Source of the DNA: a virus
Lineage: Duplodnaviria; Caudoviricetes
Direction: 5' to 3' (one strand)
DNA: 45,277 nt
Virus record (IMG/VR): IMGVR_UViG_3300032216_000830
Coordinates: 1 to 45,277 of that record
The translations under genes and the position numbers were made by a program. Positions 19,401 through 29,408 of the stretch are shown here, piece after piece. The notes below the pieces were generated by a model. That model had not been told where the DNA came from. It did not search any database and was given only the letters and a program-made list of their open reading frames with translations. The number at the start of each line of letters is the position of its first letter. The first letter of the stretch is position 1.

Positions 19401-21525
19401 CTGTTGCGTATTGGCAATTTGGCAAAGCTCCATTTGTATCAGCCTTTACTATATACCTATCTCCTACCTCAACCTTCTTTGTATTCTCTCCTTCCAAAAG
19501 GAAATACGTAGCGTTAGTGTCTTTATCTGTAAAAAACAAATTTGAATATATTGTCTCATAATTTTCAGCATCAGGCTTTATAACAAACTTATATCTTTTT
19601 GCCCAAGAAGGAGCTATTTGTGTAGTTGGTATAGTAACACGGATTTGATTTTGATAAATAGAAAATCCACAAGGAATGTGAACTGTATCATTTAAATTAC
19701 TAACCAATGCAGTAGATGAACGATTAAACTCATCCATATACACTATACCAATTTGATAACCTCTATTACTATGTAAGCTTCTAGGTGTTGATATTTTTTG
19801 ATAAACTGCATCTGAAAATATTACTTTATAATACTCATAATAATATTGCGCAGTAGATGGATTGTTTATATCATCTGAAAACTTCATTGCAACTAATTGC
19901 AAACCTATTTCGTCACTTCCCGGAGTTGTTACTATTTTTATAGCCTGCTCTATATCAGATATTCCGCTTGCCCATTTTGAAAGCGTAGATAAATTAGTAA
20001 TACTACAATTTATTTGATCTGTAAAAGTAGAGCCATCACAAGATGTTTCTACACCTACAATAGGACTATACACGGGTTTTATATTGCCTGTAGGTAAAGA
20101 TGTTCCAATAAACTGTTGAAACTCAACGCTAGTAGCTAACTGATACACTGATGTATAGATTCTTTGCAATACAAATGTAAAAGACGCATTAACTTCTAAT
20201 GTAGATACAGTAGGTTGAGGAGAAGGAGTTACCCCCCAAGCAGAATGAGAAATCCTTAAGTCTAAAGATATAGAAGCGCCTACAATTAAATCAAGTCCAT
20301 TTAAATTTAAATATACAATAGAATCTGCTATAGTAACAGGAGCGGTAGGGTCTATGCTATAATTTCCCGGTTCTAAACGAGTAGTAATATTTTTATCTCC
20401 AACACTATTTGTAATAAGCTCTGTAGAATACTCTAATTTTGTTGGATTTCCATTTCTATCAACTAAATCATATCCTTCCATATAATTTCCATACATTAAC
20501 CTGTTGCCCATAATTGTTTGAGCTTGAGCATAAAGTGGAACATTATCATAAAGTCTTAGCAATTCTCCTGAAGAAAGTATTGTAAATATTTTACTATCGC
20601 TAAATTGGTAAGTTTCATCAGTATAATCAGATGTCTTCTCAAAAGTATCTATAACCTTTATTATATTACTATTAGCCTGCTTAAATAATAAGTCAATACC
20701 TGTAACTAAGGGTCCTCCTGTATTGTATGTAACAATAGCCGTATTGAACTGATTAACCATCCCTTCATTTAAAAATGAATCAGGACTAAAGTTAAAATTG
20801 TTTGGAGAAAATGCTATATCAGACCATTGAGATGTAGCCGAATATTCTCCATCTGCATATCTATATCTATAAGCAAAAGATATAAATCTTGTTTCTAAAT
20901 AATTTGATTGCCCTGATGTATTAATAAGTTCAATAGTAGGAGACTCAGTAGGAGGTTTTTTTATAACAAGCAAAGACTCTGCTGTAATCTGATCTACATC
21001 AGCAATTGGATTTGGATATCTGTTTGTAACAGGATTAGTATTTATAAATCTTGGAGGGTTATAGTTGTCTGTAAAATATAAAAAATCTCCAATGATATTT
21101 ACTCCTGTAATTAAATAAAGGTCGTTGAAGTTAAGCGTAGTATTAATACCACCTCCATCATCTATGCTAATAACGTTATAGGTAAGTATTCCTGTAAAAA
21201 CATTGTATGATAAAATCATATCCAATTTGCCTGTTGCTCCTACCGGAAAGTTAGAGTCGTGAACGAACCAATATATAGTTTCATTTGCACTATCTTCAAT
21301 TGCTCCTATACACTTAGCGTCTACACTTAATTGCGTTCCGTCAATATATCTTAGTTCTGTTAATGGTATATTTCCTTTGGTGTTTTCTATTACACCAACT
21401 TCAGATTGCTCGGTAGAGCCCATTCTGATATTCATAGCATCTACATATTCTCCTTCAGGCAATAGACGTTGGTCTACTACCTTATTCATTCTACCTGCTA
21501 TAAAATTCCTTGAAAATTTTGCCAT
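16456..21525 (-). CDS. tail nozzle/stabilization protein with Cys-rich C-terminal extension
   Basis: N-terminus F..GRMNK..D.RL.P.GEY.DA.N, plus FTDNYNPPRFIN, GNRLMYGNY and GISFNPES: crAss-like muzzle/stabilization motifs. Confidence 0.7.
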   Translation of the reverse strand: MAKFSRNFIAGRMNKVVDQRLLPEGEYVDAMNIRMGSTEQSEVGVIENTKGNIPLTELRYIDGTQLSVDAKCIGAIEDSANETIYWFVHDSNFPVGATGKLDMILSYNVFTGILTYNVISIDDGGGINTTLNFNDLYLITGVNIIGDFLYFTDNYNPPRFINTNPVTNRYPNPIADVDQITAESLLVIKKPPTESPTIELINTSGQSNYLETRFISFAYRYRYADGEYSATSQWSDIAFSPNNFNFSPDSFLNEGMVNQFNTAIVTYNTGGPLVTGIDLLFKQANSNIIKVIDTFEKTSDYTDETYQFSDSKIFTILSSGELLRLYDNVPLYAQAQTIMGNRLMYGNYMEGYDLVDRNGNPTKLEYSTELITNSVGDKNITTRLEPGNYSIDPTAPVTIADSIVYLNLNGLDLIVGASISLDLRISHSAWGVTPSPQPTVSTLEVNASFTFVLQRIYTSVYQLATSVEFQQFIGTSLPTGNIKPVYSPIVGVETSCDGSTFTDQINCSITNLSTLSKWASGISDIEQAIKIVTTPGSDEIGLQLVAMKFSDDINNPSTAQYYYEYYKVIFSDAVYQKISTPRSLHSNRGYQIGIVYMDEFNRSSTALVSNLNDTVHIPCGFSIYQNQIRVTIPTTQIAPSWAKRYKFVIKPDAENYETIYSNLFFTDKDTNATYFLLEGENTKKVEVGDRYIVKADTNGALPNCQYATVLEKDAKASGFITNPTIAGQNIPAGVYMKIKANSFSVDSVANSYVDYGWRSVCAPKGGFSDRLQYPANIDDPNNPGMYIDYSIPAGSRVIFDIKFERVGVGRSCERRGYVLTKTYISTANYDNMYDWFIGDNIALTLNTGYSLDGVTTLTFKPVLRTDFAFGPDSFDTCYFQFFRNTTNNQLTLGLTTGISCTGAGYPNSRAYCVDARIEVYRAVGLIIFETEPNDALPDVFYENNLSFSIDDLGNHMGNVTDQDIAGGIAGVVDTEFFNCFCFGNGAESYKIRDSLIGRSFNLGERVNVVAAQEYKKADRFADITYSGIYNAETNVNKLNEFNLGLLDYKNLETSFGPIYKMDGRETDVLVLQEDKISYVLAGKNLLSDSTGGGAISSVPEVLGTQIARTEKYGISFNPESYVHWGASRYFTDVKRGAVLQLMGDSYSNDQIKVISEQNMRTWFRDMFNNSFSTQKLGGFDPYMNEYVLTTNEVPIPTNPQCLACGTTQTVSIVEPLIYCVDLGSIVGETTVSWTVVSNTGAEFDVSIEYNTTTYSSGLTPDDGQITFYKDLISIETAIVTITPSSGDLVLNITAECPVPEVLTIVEVVVGNNTDATQNIHTQYRYTNGTYISGLQSNLVTFVSGTANPLVSRYNVTTGYVGAGAFPPEFSTMSMQTNKIPTDSFNFNPLNDKFRYLRTNVLYPNIPASILTAIGLSSIASPITGSSPIYQANFTVPNKTLGDVLYLIWDMRDATPTQLCYSNAMVDPQKEVCCNCSACTTECVNVTITSLSVGTTEIDFGVTTGGECNGGPFTISLNPGEVYNTCLQVGTDYDITQGTARIESTECANCTTYVYYNPAIASMARIKYMDCTTGIEVTQEIATNTNFKFCCLFGTTPTIDIGSIGNLYMTNECKCCESNSCTQWKVVTSPSGFGVFIAWINCDGIEVNQAWGGGQTDYICVQSGFNPNVITGAGDCTITPYNGCIDSTTC

Positions 21526-21526
21526 A

Positions 21527-22450
21527 TTATTTAATTACTTTGTCCATACCTCTTAGATTCATCAACAACCTGCCCGGATGGATATTACTGATTCTTATTT
21601 TTGCATTTCTAAGTAACGAAGATTTATCTTTTCTAGCACGATTGATAATATACTCTTGAGTGCCAAACTTTGAGTTAAGCAATTCATATTTGATTGCAGC
21701 ATATACATAATGCTCAAATAATTTATTTACAGATACCAAAGACTCATCTCCATTCTCCATACCATCTGAGATATACTCAAGTATACAAGACTCTCCTGCC
21801 ATACTTGAATCAAAGTTGATTACTCCTGCCTTCTTATCAATATTAAACGTAGGGTTAAAATTAGCCGTTTCTGTATTCAATCCAAAGTCAGCTCCTATCC
21901 TATAATCAAAATACCAATTACCGTCTATATTCCATCCCCACTGCCCATTAAATTGATTACCTTGATTAAGGTAAATGCTTTTCTTTGTATTGTTTAATCT
22001 ATCGTAATCTATCTCTGAGTTTTGAGGCTGAAGGATATTGCCATTCTGATCAAACAAAATGTTCCCTTTGTTATCTTGTAGATAAGCATTAGATGAAAGT
22101 GTTTGGATATTCTCAGTTAATGGTCTTAATAAACCATCTTTATATAAAGATATCCTAACCCAATTTACAAAGTCAGAAGGAAGAACGTATCTTAAAGAAT
22201 AAGCTACAGATAATTGCAATACTTTAATTTCTTTAAAAGCATCGTAGTTTAATTCTTGTATAGCTCTTTTGGCGTGAAACAATATCTTATACCTCTCCTC
22301 ATTATTAACTAATGAGTGATTACCAGTGTGCATCAATAAAAAGTTAGTTACAATATCTTGTAAGCTTACATATTGATATGAACCCCAATTGGCATCTTGT
22401 GGGGTATTGCCATTATTATCATAATATTCGTACTGCGATATATAAGCCAT
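21527..22450 (-). CDS. tail ring / tubular protein
   Basis: LPSDFVNWVRIS, G.INF.S and LEYISDG motifs; located after the head-tail adaptor. Confidence 0.55.
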   Translation of the reverse strand: MAYISQYEYYDNNGNTPQDANWGSYQYVSLQDIVTNFLLMHTGNHSLVNNEERYKILFHAKRAIQELNYDAFKEIKVLQLSVAYSLRYVLPSDFVNWVRISLYKDGLLRPLTENIQTLSSNAYLQDNKGNILFDQNGNILQPQNSEIDYDRLNNTKKSIYLNQGNQFNGQWGWNIDGNWYFDYRIGADFGLNTETANFNPTFNIDKKAGVINFDSSMAGESCILEYISDGMENGDESLVSVNKLFEHYVYAAIKYELLNSKFGTQEYIINRARKDKSSLLRNAKIRISNIHPGRLLMNLRGMDKVIK

Positions 22451-22465
22451 AAGGTAATATATTTA

Positions 22466-23443
22466 TTACTGTTGCATACTGAACGTAGGTTGTTCGTGTT
22501 GCTGCTGAGCAGAACCAAATTGAGATACCTCAATTTCACGAATAACAATACCACAGTATTCTAAAATCTTTGTTACTAATTTATACTCATCTTCTGTAGG
22601 CAATTCAAAGTCCTGATAGTCAGGTTGAGATTGGTTGAATACAGGTTCTCCACTAGCAAGTAAACTATATGTCCACTTTGGTACTTTTGGATACCTAAAG
22701 TAATCGCATTTTATTGCACCATAATTAACAATACTACTTGGAAATATAGATACCACTTCTCCATTTAATGAATAAGATGGATATAATAAAGATGGAGCTG
22801 TAAGCAATGAGTTATTTAAAAGAGAGATATTTACATTTGAAACCTTATCAGCCTCTGCATATTTCTTTGATGAGTAAATAAAATAATCTTCAAAAGACGC
22901 AGGATCTTGGAATATGTCATCATACAAACCAAGCACAGTTGTGCTTACTACAGTTTGAACTATAGAAGATTTAAATGTCGTTGCATTTACAACTATATCT
23001 CCAACCGCAACTCCGCTAGCTATAAAATCAGCTGTAGAATCCTCTAATCCAAATGGAATCGTATTATCTGTAACCCCTGAAGCTAATTTTTTTGTGTAAA
23101 CAATAATCTTATTCAGCATAAATGATAAATTCCCTGTTGTAGTAAGGGAAGGCACATAGAAGTTGTTTATATCTATACCTGAAGCTGTTTGTCTTGGAAC
23201 TAAAAAATCGCTAACTAAAAACTGCTCTAATACCTCAGCTATTGGTTTTTTTACATCAGCATATTCTGTCCCTGATGTTCTTACATTCTCAGCATTTACA
23301 GTCTTATTATAATTACTATAATACTCCTCATATAGCTCCATTTGAGCATTCTGTGCAAGCAGATTAAAATCAGATGGGGATATATACCCGTAGTTATTCT
23401 TATTAAGAATAGTAAGCACGGTATTTCTTACTGAGTTTATCAT
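22466..23443 (-). CDS. head-tail adaptor / tail ring protein
   Basis: NKNNYGYISPSDFN..A..AQ and YFRYPKVPKW...DFELP motifs typical of crAss-like ring proteins. Confidence 0.6.
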   Translation of the reverse strand: MINSVRNTVLTILNKNNYGYISPSDFNLLAQNAQMELYEEYYSNYNKTVNAENVRTSGTEYADVKKPIAEVLEQFLVSDFLVPRQTASGIDINNFYVPSLTTTGNLSFMLNKIIVYTKKLASGVTDNTIPFGLEDSTADFIASGVAVGDIVVNATTFKSSIVQTVVSTTVLGLYDDIFQDPASFEDYFIYSSKKYAEADKVSNVNISLLNNSLLTAPSLLYPSYSLNGEVVSIFPSSIVNYGAIKCDYFRYPKVPKWTYSLLASGEPVFNQSQPDYQDFELPTEDEYKLVTKILEYCGIVIREIEVSQFGSAQQQHEQPTFSMQQ

Positions 23444-23455
23444 CTATTTTTTTTA

Positions 23456-23463
23456 CAAATATA
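23456..23463 (-). promoter_or_regulatory. -7 promoter element TATATTTG
   Basis: Directly after a terminator and upstream of the tail operon. Confidence 0.6.
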
Positions 23464-23464
23464 C

Positions 23465-23493
23465 AAAAAAAAGAAGGCACAATTTGCGCCTTC
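23465..23493 (-). terminator. rho-independent terminator
   Basis: GAAGGCGCA-AAU-UGUGCCUUC followed by U8. Confidence 0.8.
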
Positions 23494-23522
23494 CTTCATC
23501 ATTAATCAATCACAAATCAAAA

Positions 23523-24263
23523 CTATGATAATAATGCTTCAAGCATTTTTAACGAATCTATACCTTCATCGCTCTGCAAGAATCTTGCTACTGCTTCATA
23601 AGGCTCTTCATTAAAAGGAACTGATAGCATCTTTTTCTTATTAGTTGCGGTATTAAACCAAACCTCTTTGCTATTATTCTTCAAAGTTAATAACTTATTA
23701 TCAAAGAACAAACGAACTTTTGCATGAAACTTTAATTCAGGATCATTCAATATATTTAAGAACTCCTTAGGCTCACTCTTAGCAAATACTAAGATATCTC
23801 TCTTAAGTTCTGCTGTAGACACTGTTGATGGGTCTTTACCAAACATTACCCTTGTAAGCATCTCTATTTGGTCTATAGTCAATTGGCGAGCTTCAATTAA
23901 AGCATCTACCTCAACATTTAAATCAGATACTTCTTGTGTAGCATCTTTTTCTCTGTCTACTTCTCCGAATATTGTACCATTCAATGGGTGGTAGTGTAAA
24001 AACTCTTGTAGTACCGGATTTGTTCTTGGAACTCTTAAGAAGCCATCTTCAAATATAATGGGCTCCATAATTGCATTTCCATCTTGCTCATCCTCGAAGG
24101 GAGACTTTTGATTTACCGCATATCTTAAAGAGCGGTTAATATTATTTTTCTCATCATACCACATTAGAGGGAATCTTGGGTGATTACGTGATGCTAATGT
24201 GTAAGAAAGTGGAGTGCCTGTGTTTAACTTGTAAATCTTATCTGTAGCTATTTTACTTGCCAT
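23523..24263 (-). CDS. conserved capsid-adjacent protein
   Basis: 246-aa ORF directly downstream of the MCP gene. Confidence 0.6.
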   Translation of the reverse strand: MASKIATDKIYKLNTGTPLSYTLASRNHPRFPLMWYDEKNNINRSLRYAVNQKSPFEDEQDGNAIMEPIIFEDGFLRVPRTNPVLQEFLHYHPLNGTIFGEVDREKDATQEVSDLNVEVDALIEARQLTIDQIEMLTRVMFGKDPSTVSTAELKRDILVFAKSEPKEFLNILNDPELKFHAKVRLFFDNKLLTLKNNSKEVWFNTATNKKKMLSVPFNEEPYEAVARFLQSDEGIDSLKMLEALLS

Positions 24264-24296
24264 TTTAATATAATTTAATTTGATTTAAAATAATTT

Positions 24297-24325
24297 AAAA
24301 AAGCAGGGGCTTTTAGACCCCTGCT
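24297..24325 (-). terminator. rho-independent terminator after major capsid gene
   Basis: AGCAGGGG-loop-CCCCUGCU followed by a U-tract. Confidence 0.8.
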
Positions 24326-24343
24326 ATATTCCAACCCTATTTA

Positions 24344-25762
24344 CTATCCATAACGGAACAATACGAAGTTGTTTGCACCTAAAGTACATACACAACGCTC
24401 AGAAAGGAAGTTAACCTCCATTGCATCTAAATCGCTTGTAGCAGCACCGCCTGCAGAACCTGTAATCCAAGTTTTGTAGCGTCTGTCTTCAGCTTCAGAA
24501 GCTCTGTAACGAACGTGTAAGAAAGGACGCTTAGCATTCTTGCCCATAATTTGGTCGTACACTGAAGTAGAACCTGCAGGAACAAGAAGACCTGTAATTG
24601 TACCTGTTGCAGTAGAAGCAGTTGCATTCAATCCACCTCTCATTGTAGGATCGTTTAGGTATTTCCAATCAGACTTGTAGAAATCGTAACCTCTACGGAA
24701 TCCTGAGAAACCTAAGTTTAACGCCATATTGATATCGTTATCAAATAGACCATAAGAAGCAGCATTAGCAGCACCTGATACAGCATAACCATTCAATGTA
24801 GCTAACATATTGTCTATGTCAAAACTCAATCCACGATTAACAAATACAACGTTCTCTTCGATAGAACCTTGCTTGTCTAAACGAGCAACGATTGTATCCC
24901 AATCAGAAAGAGCAGTTGGAGTACCACCACCCCATACGTTACCACGATTGTTTACAACGTAGAAGATACCTTCAGAACCTTTGTATCCTGCAGTTAATGC
25001 GCCTGATGAACTTGCAGCAGGAACAGCTTCAATCATTGCAGTCTCAAGATAATCTTCAAAACGTAAACGAGTCTCGTGCTCTGATTTCAAATACCACAAG
25101 TAACCTGTAGCACCGTTCTCAGTAGTAACTTCAACCCATCCAATTTGAGCCATATCAGAACCATTTACTGCATACTTGTCCTTGATGATGATTGGAGAGT
25201 TAGAGTAGATATCATCTTCTCCTTCTAAAGAACCAACCATTCCATTAGTTCCTTTCTTAAACTCAGAACCATAGATAAATACAGTACAAGCAGTAGATAC
25301 CGCAAAAGCCTGACCTGCAGTTTCGTAGTAAGCAACTGTGAAAGTTGTTGCAGAAGGAACAGCAGTAACGATTGCTTTGTTGAAAACACCTGAAGTGTTA
25401 TTCTGAATCATTACAGTTTGTCCAATACGAATTGCTATGTAAGTAACTCCTGAGTCAGCAACAGTAAATGTAGCTGTAGAAGCACCTAAAGCAGCAGCTG
25501 AAGTACAGCTTGTGTATTTGATGTGTAAACGACCTTGTTCTGCCCATTTGATTTGGTCAGAGTTAGAAGGCATTTCAGCACCTACCATTCTTAAGAATGA
25601 AGATACTGTTCTATTACCATAACGCTCAAATTCTTTCTCATAAGTATCAGGTAGATACTGATTCAAAAAGTTAAAGCTGGTAATGTAGTTTGTTTGTAGA
25701 GCCACTTGTTCCGGTGCCGGTTGCAACGCGTACGTAGGGCTACTTAATAAAGCACTTGCCAT
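24344..25762 (-). CDS. major capsid protein
   Basis: 472 aa after portal and scaffold genes, followed by a terminator. Highly biased codons; KWAEQGRLH and FLSERC.C..GANNF motifs. Confidence 0.8.
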   Translation of the reverse strand: MASALLSSPTYALQPAPEQVALQTNYITSFNFLNQYLPDTYEKEFERYGNRTVSSFLRMVGAEMPSNSDQIKWAEQGRLHIKYTSCTSAAALGASTATFTVADSGVTYIAIRIGQTVMIQNNTSGVFNKAIVTAVPSATTFTVAYYETAGQAFAVSTACTVFIYGSEFKKGTNGMVGSLEGEDDIYSNSPIIIKDKYAVNGSDMAQIGWVEVTTENGATGYLWYLKSEHETRLRFEDYLETAMIEAVPAASSSGALTAGYKGSEGIFYVVNNRGNVWGGGTPTALSDWDTIVARLDKQGSIEENVVFVNRGLSFDIDNMLATLNGYAVSGAANAASYGLFDNDINMALNLGFSGFRRGYDFYKSDWKYLNDPTMRGGLNATASTATGTITGLLVPAGSTSVYDQIMGKNAKRPFLHVRYRASEAEDRRYKTWITGSAGGAATSDLDAMEVNFLSERCVCTLGANNFVLFRYG

Positions 25763-25784
25763 TTTTTTTAATTTTTAAATTGTT

Positions 25785-26924
25785 TTAAATACGTTTTATA
25801 CTGCGGATTTTCAGGCCTTTACCTGAATCAGGGTTTACCGCTCTCACCTGCACGCCATCCTTACTTTTTGAAACTTCAGGCGACTTCTGCTCTCCCATGT
25901 TTACATTCTTAATCTTTCTTGTAACATCATCTACAGCATCAGCCAATCCTTGTTCATAAAAGAACTTTGCAAACTTATCAGGATTCATTGCAATTGACAA
26001 AGACCTGTGGTATCCTTTTGCATCCTTAATTAATCCATTATCATCTAAAAACTTTGCAATAAAGTTAGCAGGTGTAGATTGGATCTTTTTTAATTCAGCA
26101 GCTTCTCCCGGAGTAAATGTAAGTTTCTTGTTATTGACATCAAATTCAAAACCTTTGAACTCTCCATCAAACAACTCGTTAGTCTTTTGGTCAAACCATT
26201 GACGCTTACGATTTGTCTCCTCTTCTATGGTCTTTGCTTGGTTTAAGTATTGACGATAAGCATTGTATTCTTCTTCCTCTTCTTTTGAAATTCTTGCTGA
26301 ACTTGACTCAAGTGGCAATTTGTATTTCTCTTTCTGAGTATTAAAGAATTTTTTAGCTTCGTTAATAACCTTCTTTCTTTCAATCTTAATCTTCTTGATT
26401 TTAGACTCATCATCAATATCCTCATCATATCTATAGTCATCCATCAATGCATCTATATCTTCAGCATCAAGACCTTCTTGAGTAGCTGACAAGTATTCCT
26501 TGACAAGTTGCTCAGGGTCCATAGCATCGTGGTCTTTTCTTAAATTAAGAAAGTCCTCAAATCCTCTGCCTGTTTCTTTCTTATATTTTAAGAAAGCAGC
26601 AACATCTTCAGGTAACTCTTCAGTCTCTTTTCTTTCAGCAACCAAATCATCAAATGAGTTGATTTGCTTATTATACCTTTTACCAATATATGAAAGAACT
26701 TTTTGCTCATCTAACTCATCTTCCACTTCTACAACTTCTTGAGGAGCAACCTCTTCTATAACTTCTTCTTTTTGTTCAACAACAGGTTCTTTTTTATTTA
26801 TATTAGACAAATCAATATGAGGTATTTTGTCCTCTTCTTTTTTATTGCCTTCAACTAACTGTTGCTCAACTTCTTGAACACTTTTTGGTTCAATAACATC
26901 TAATGCTTTTACTTTTAATTCCAT
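25785..26924 (-). CDS. capsid scaffolding protein
   Basis: Very acidic coiled-coil protein with a basic C-terminal tip, between portal and MCP. Confidence 0.65.
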   Translation of the reverse strand: MELKVKALDVIEPKSVQEVEQQLVEGNKKEEDKIPHIDLSNINKKEPVVEQKEEVIEEVAPQEVVEVEDELDEQKVLSYIGKRYNKQINSFDDLVAERKETEELPEDVAAFLKYKKETGRGFEDFLNLRKDHDAMDPEQLVKEYLSATQEGLDAEDIDALMDDYRYDEDIDDESKIKKIKIERKKVINEAKKFFNTQKEKYKLPLESSSARISKEEEEEYNAYRQYLNQAKTIEEETNRKRQWFDQKTNELFDGEFKGFEFDVNNKKLTFTPGEAAELKKIQSTPANFIAKFLDDNGLIKDAKGYHRSLSIAMNPDKFAKFFYEQGLADAVDDVTRKIKNVNMGEQKSPEVSKSKDGVQVRAVNPDSGKGLKIRSIKRI

Positions 26925-26945
26925 TTAATTTGATTTTATTTGTTA

Positions 26946-26953
26946 CAAAATTA
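26946..26953 (-). promoter_or_regulatory. -7 promoter element TAATTTTG
   Basis: TAnnTTTG match upstream of scaffold-MCP. Confidence 0.5.
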
Positions 26954-26972
26954 TGCAAAATTTATTACACTT

Positions 26973-29408
26973 TTAACGAGGCTCAAACTCAGCCATATCA
27001 AATCCATCTAAGCTATCCTCATTTGATTCAAAACTTAATGGAGGTAAATTATTTTTTCTTTGGTCTATTAACTTAGACTGCTCTGTATTCTGTTGACTTA
27101 TTCTTTTGGACTTTGAATCTTCTCTATCCTTCTCTCTTTTAGACAACGTCTCCATCTCCATTCCGTGCAACTGCTGATTATACTGAAACTCTTCAGCCAT
27201 CAAATGAGATTTAAACTCAGCCTCTTTCTGCATTTTCATAATATCAAACTGCACTTCAGCTTGTTTTATTTTCATCTTAGCCTCAGTCTCAGCTTGTATT
27301 TTTTGCATAGCCGTTTGTGCAGCTAACTGCTGAGATTGCATTTGCTGTTGTGCAGTAATAGCTTGTTTCTGCATAGCCATCTTCTCTTCTCTAGCTTCTT
27401 TGTTAGCTCTCTTAACCTTAAGCAATTGATTGGCAAGTTTAAGATTTCTAATCTCACGTATGTCGATTGCATCCTCAAGATTAATATCTCCTTTAGATAA
27501 AGCCATTTGTATATTAGCTTCAAGCTGTGCTTTTTGGTCTTCATCAGGAGATATCTCTATGAAAATACCAAAATCATAAATATACAAGTCTGATATTTGG
27601 TCTAATATACCAACATTATACTTTCCTATCTTATTTACAAAGTCATCTTTAAAATCAGAATACTCTAATATATCTGCAACTCTATATGTCAAAGCCTCTG
27701 CTAATGAACGATATAAGAATAACCCTGAATCTAAAATATGTCTTGTGGCGGTATTGGAATTTAAAGCGGCTAATTTTTGTAGACCAACTAAAGAGTTAGG
27801 ATCAGGATTAGAACCATCCCTAGCTTCATTTAAGCCTGTTACAGACCTAATCATATCTAAGTAATGATTATAGTTAGCTATAAGCATTTGTGTCTTTGCT
27901 GCGCCTGAATTTGAAGTAAGCTGCGTAATAGGGACTCTTGCATTATTAAAGTCTCCATCCTGAGTAAAGCTCCTACCAATCACACTACCTGTTTGGAAGT
28001 ATAATCTTAATGCATCCTCAGGATTATAAGCATTGCCTGTACCCAAGTCAACCTCGTTCAATCCATCGGCATCTATAAACACACCATCAGGTACAATACG
28101 ATTTATAACTTGTTGTAATTTTAAGTGAGTTATCTGAATCAAATCAGCAAAAGGAATCATCCTTCTGCACAAAGACTCAATAACTCCTTTATACATACGT
28201 GGAGCACAAGAAACATAGCAAGGTATAGCGTGTTGAGTGGCAGACTTAGGTCTAACCATATTCTGAGCCATCTCCCACTTTAATAAAATGTTGCTACCCA
28301 TAACAAGTATACCCTCGTACCAAACGTCAATAGTCTTCTCTATCTTTTTAAAGTTACCTTCCTCCATCATCTCTGCAGGAGGATTAAAGGTATCATCCTT
28401 CTCAATTACTCTTGAACCGCCATTCTCAAGTATTCTCTTCTTATATACAATCTTCTTTGTAGTCTTGTAATTAAAATAAAGTAAAGTGCAAGTGTCTCTA
28501 TAGAACATACTATTCTCATAGAACTGAGCTACATTAAAATAATCATACCAACCTCTACTATATTGCGATATCTTATCTAAATCTTCGTGAGTTAACGATT
28601 GGTCTATCTTCATAAGCTCAGTCATTGGAACTGTCTTAATCTCTCCCCAATAGAAACAATCTCTAAAGTATGGGTCCTCAGTATAACTATAAACCACATT
28701 GGCAGGGTCTACATAAGATATCTTTACTCCTGCTCCCGGAAGAAACTCGTGCTTCGCAATAGCAATCCCAATAACAGTAGCATCATAGTCAAGTCTTTTT
28801 CTTATATCGTCATACTTGTTTTCATCAAACATTGTATTGATAGCCTCCTCTTCAGCAATCTCAATAGCAGGCTTATACTTAAGTTGCATATGCAATTGCA
28901 TCTCCTCATCACTTTCAGGTAGCTCATCAGGATTCATCATAAATGGATCTACACCTGCTCTTTGTTGTATAATACTAAGAACATCTTTTGCTGTAGACTG
29001 TCCTTGAACCATATCCTGATACTCATTCCTCTTTTCTTGAGACATCGCATCCTGTGCATACGCCTTAACTTTGAAAAGCCTATCAGACATTCCATTAACT
29101 ACAATATCAACAAACTTTGGGATAACAGGCACTGGAGTCCAATCTATATTTAGATAAGATAAATCTCCATCAATAGCCAACTCATTTTTATATTTACCTA
29201 TTGGTTGCTCGCCTCTTGCATATAATCTTAGCCTATGAAAATCACGCCATTGTCCATAATATCTACAAGAGTTTCCGTCTTTTCTAAACCACTCATATTG
29301 AATGGCTTGACCAACTTGTAGTCCAAAATCATCTGATGCCTTTTGGGCATCACTAGCTAATTGACTTGGAAACGCTGCTGATTTTATGTCTATTACTATA
29401 TCTTTCAT
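26973..29408 (-). CDS. portal protein
   Basis: 811 aa directly after terL. Motifs P.IPKFVDIVV and GLNEARDG, with a Gln-rich C-terminal barrel coil as in podoviral portals. Confidence 0.8.
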   Translation of the reverse strand: MKDIVIDIKSAAFPSQLASDAQKASDDFGLQVGQAIQYEWFRKDGNSCRYYGQWRDFHRLRLYARGEQPIGKYKNELAIDGDLSYLNIDWTPVPVIPKFVDIVVNGMSDRLFKVKAYAQDAMSQEKRNEYQDMVQGQSTAKDVLSIIQQRAGVDPFMMNPDELPESDEEMQLHMQLKYKPAIEIAEEEAINTMFDENKYDDIRKRLDYDATVIGIAIAKHEFLPGAGVKISYVDPANVVYSYTEDPYFRDCFYWGEIKTVPMTELMKIDQSLTHEDLDKISQYSRGWYDYFNVAQFYENSMFYRDTCTLLYFNYKTTKKIVYKKRILENGGSRVIEKDDTFNPPAEMMEEGNFKKIEKTIDVWYEGILVMGSNILLKWEMAQNMVRPKSATQHAIPCYVSCAPRMYKGVIESLCRRMIPFADLIQITHLKLQQVINRIVPDGVFIDADGLNEVDLGTGNAYNPEDALRLYFQTGSVIGRSFTQDGDFNNARVPITQLTSNSGAAKTQMLIANYNHYLDMIRSVTGLNEARDGSNPDPNSLVGLQKLAALNSNTATRHILDSGLFLYRSLAEALTYRVADILEYSDFKDDFVNKIGKYNVGILDQISDLYIYDFGIFIEISPDEDQKAQLEANIQMALSKGDINLEDAIDIREIRNLKLANQLLKVKRANKEAREEKMAMQKQAITAQQQMQSQQLAAQTAMQKIQAETEAKMKIKQAEVQFDIMKMQKEAEFKSHLMAEEFQYNQQLHGMEMETLSKREKDREDSKSKRISQQNTEQSKLIDQRKNNLPPLSFESNEDSLDGFDMAEFEPR

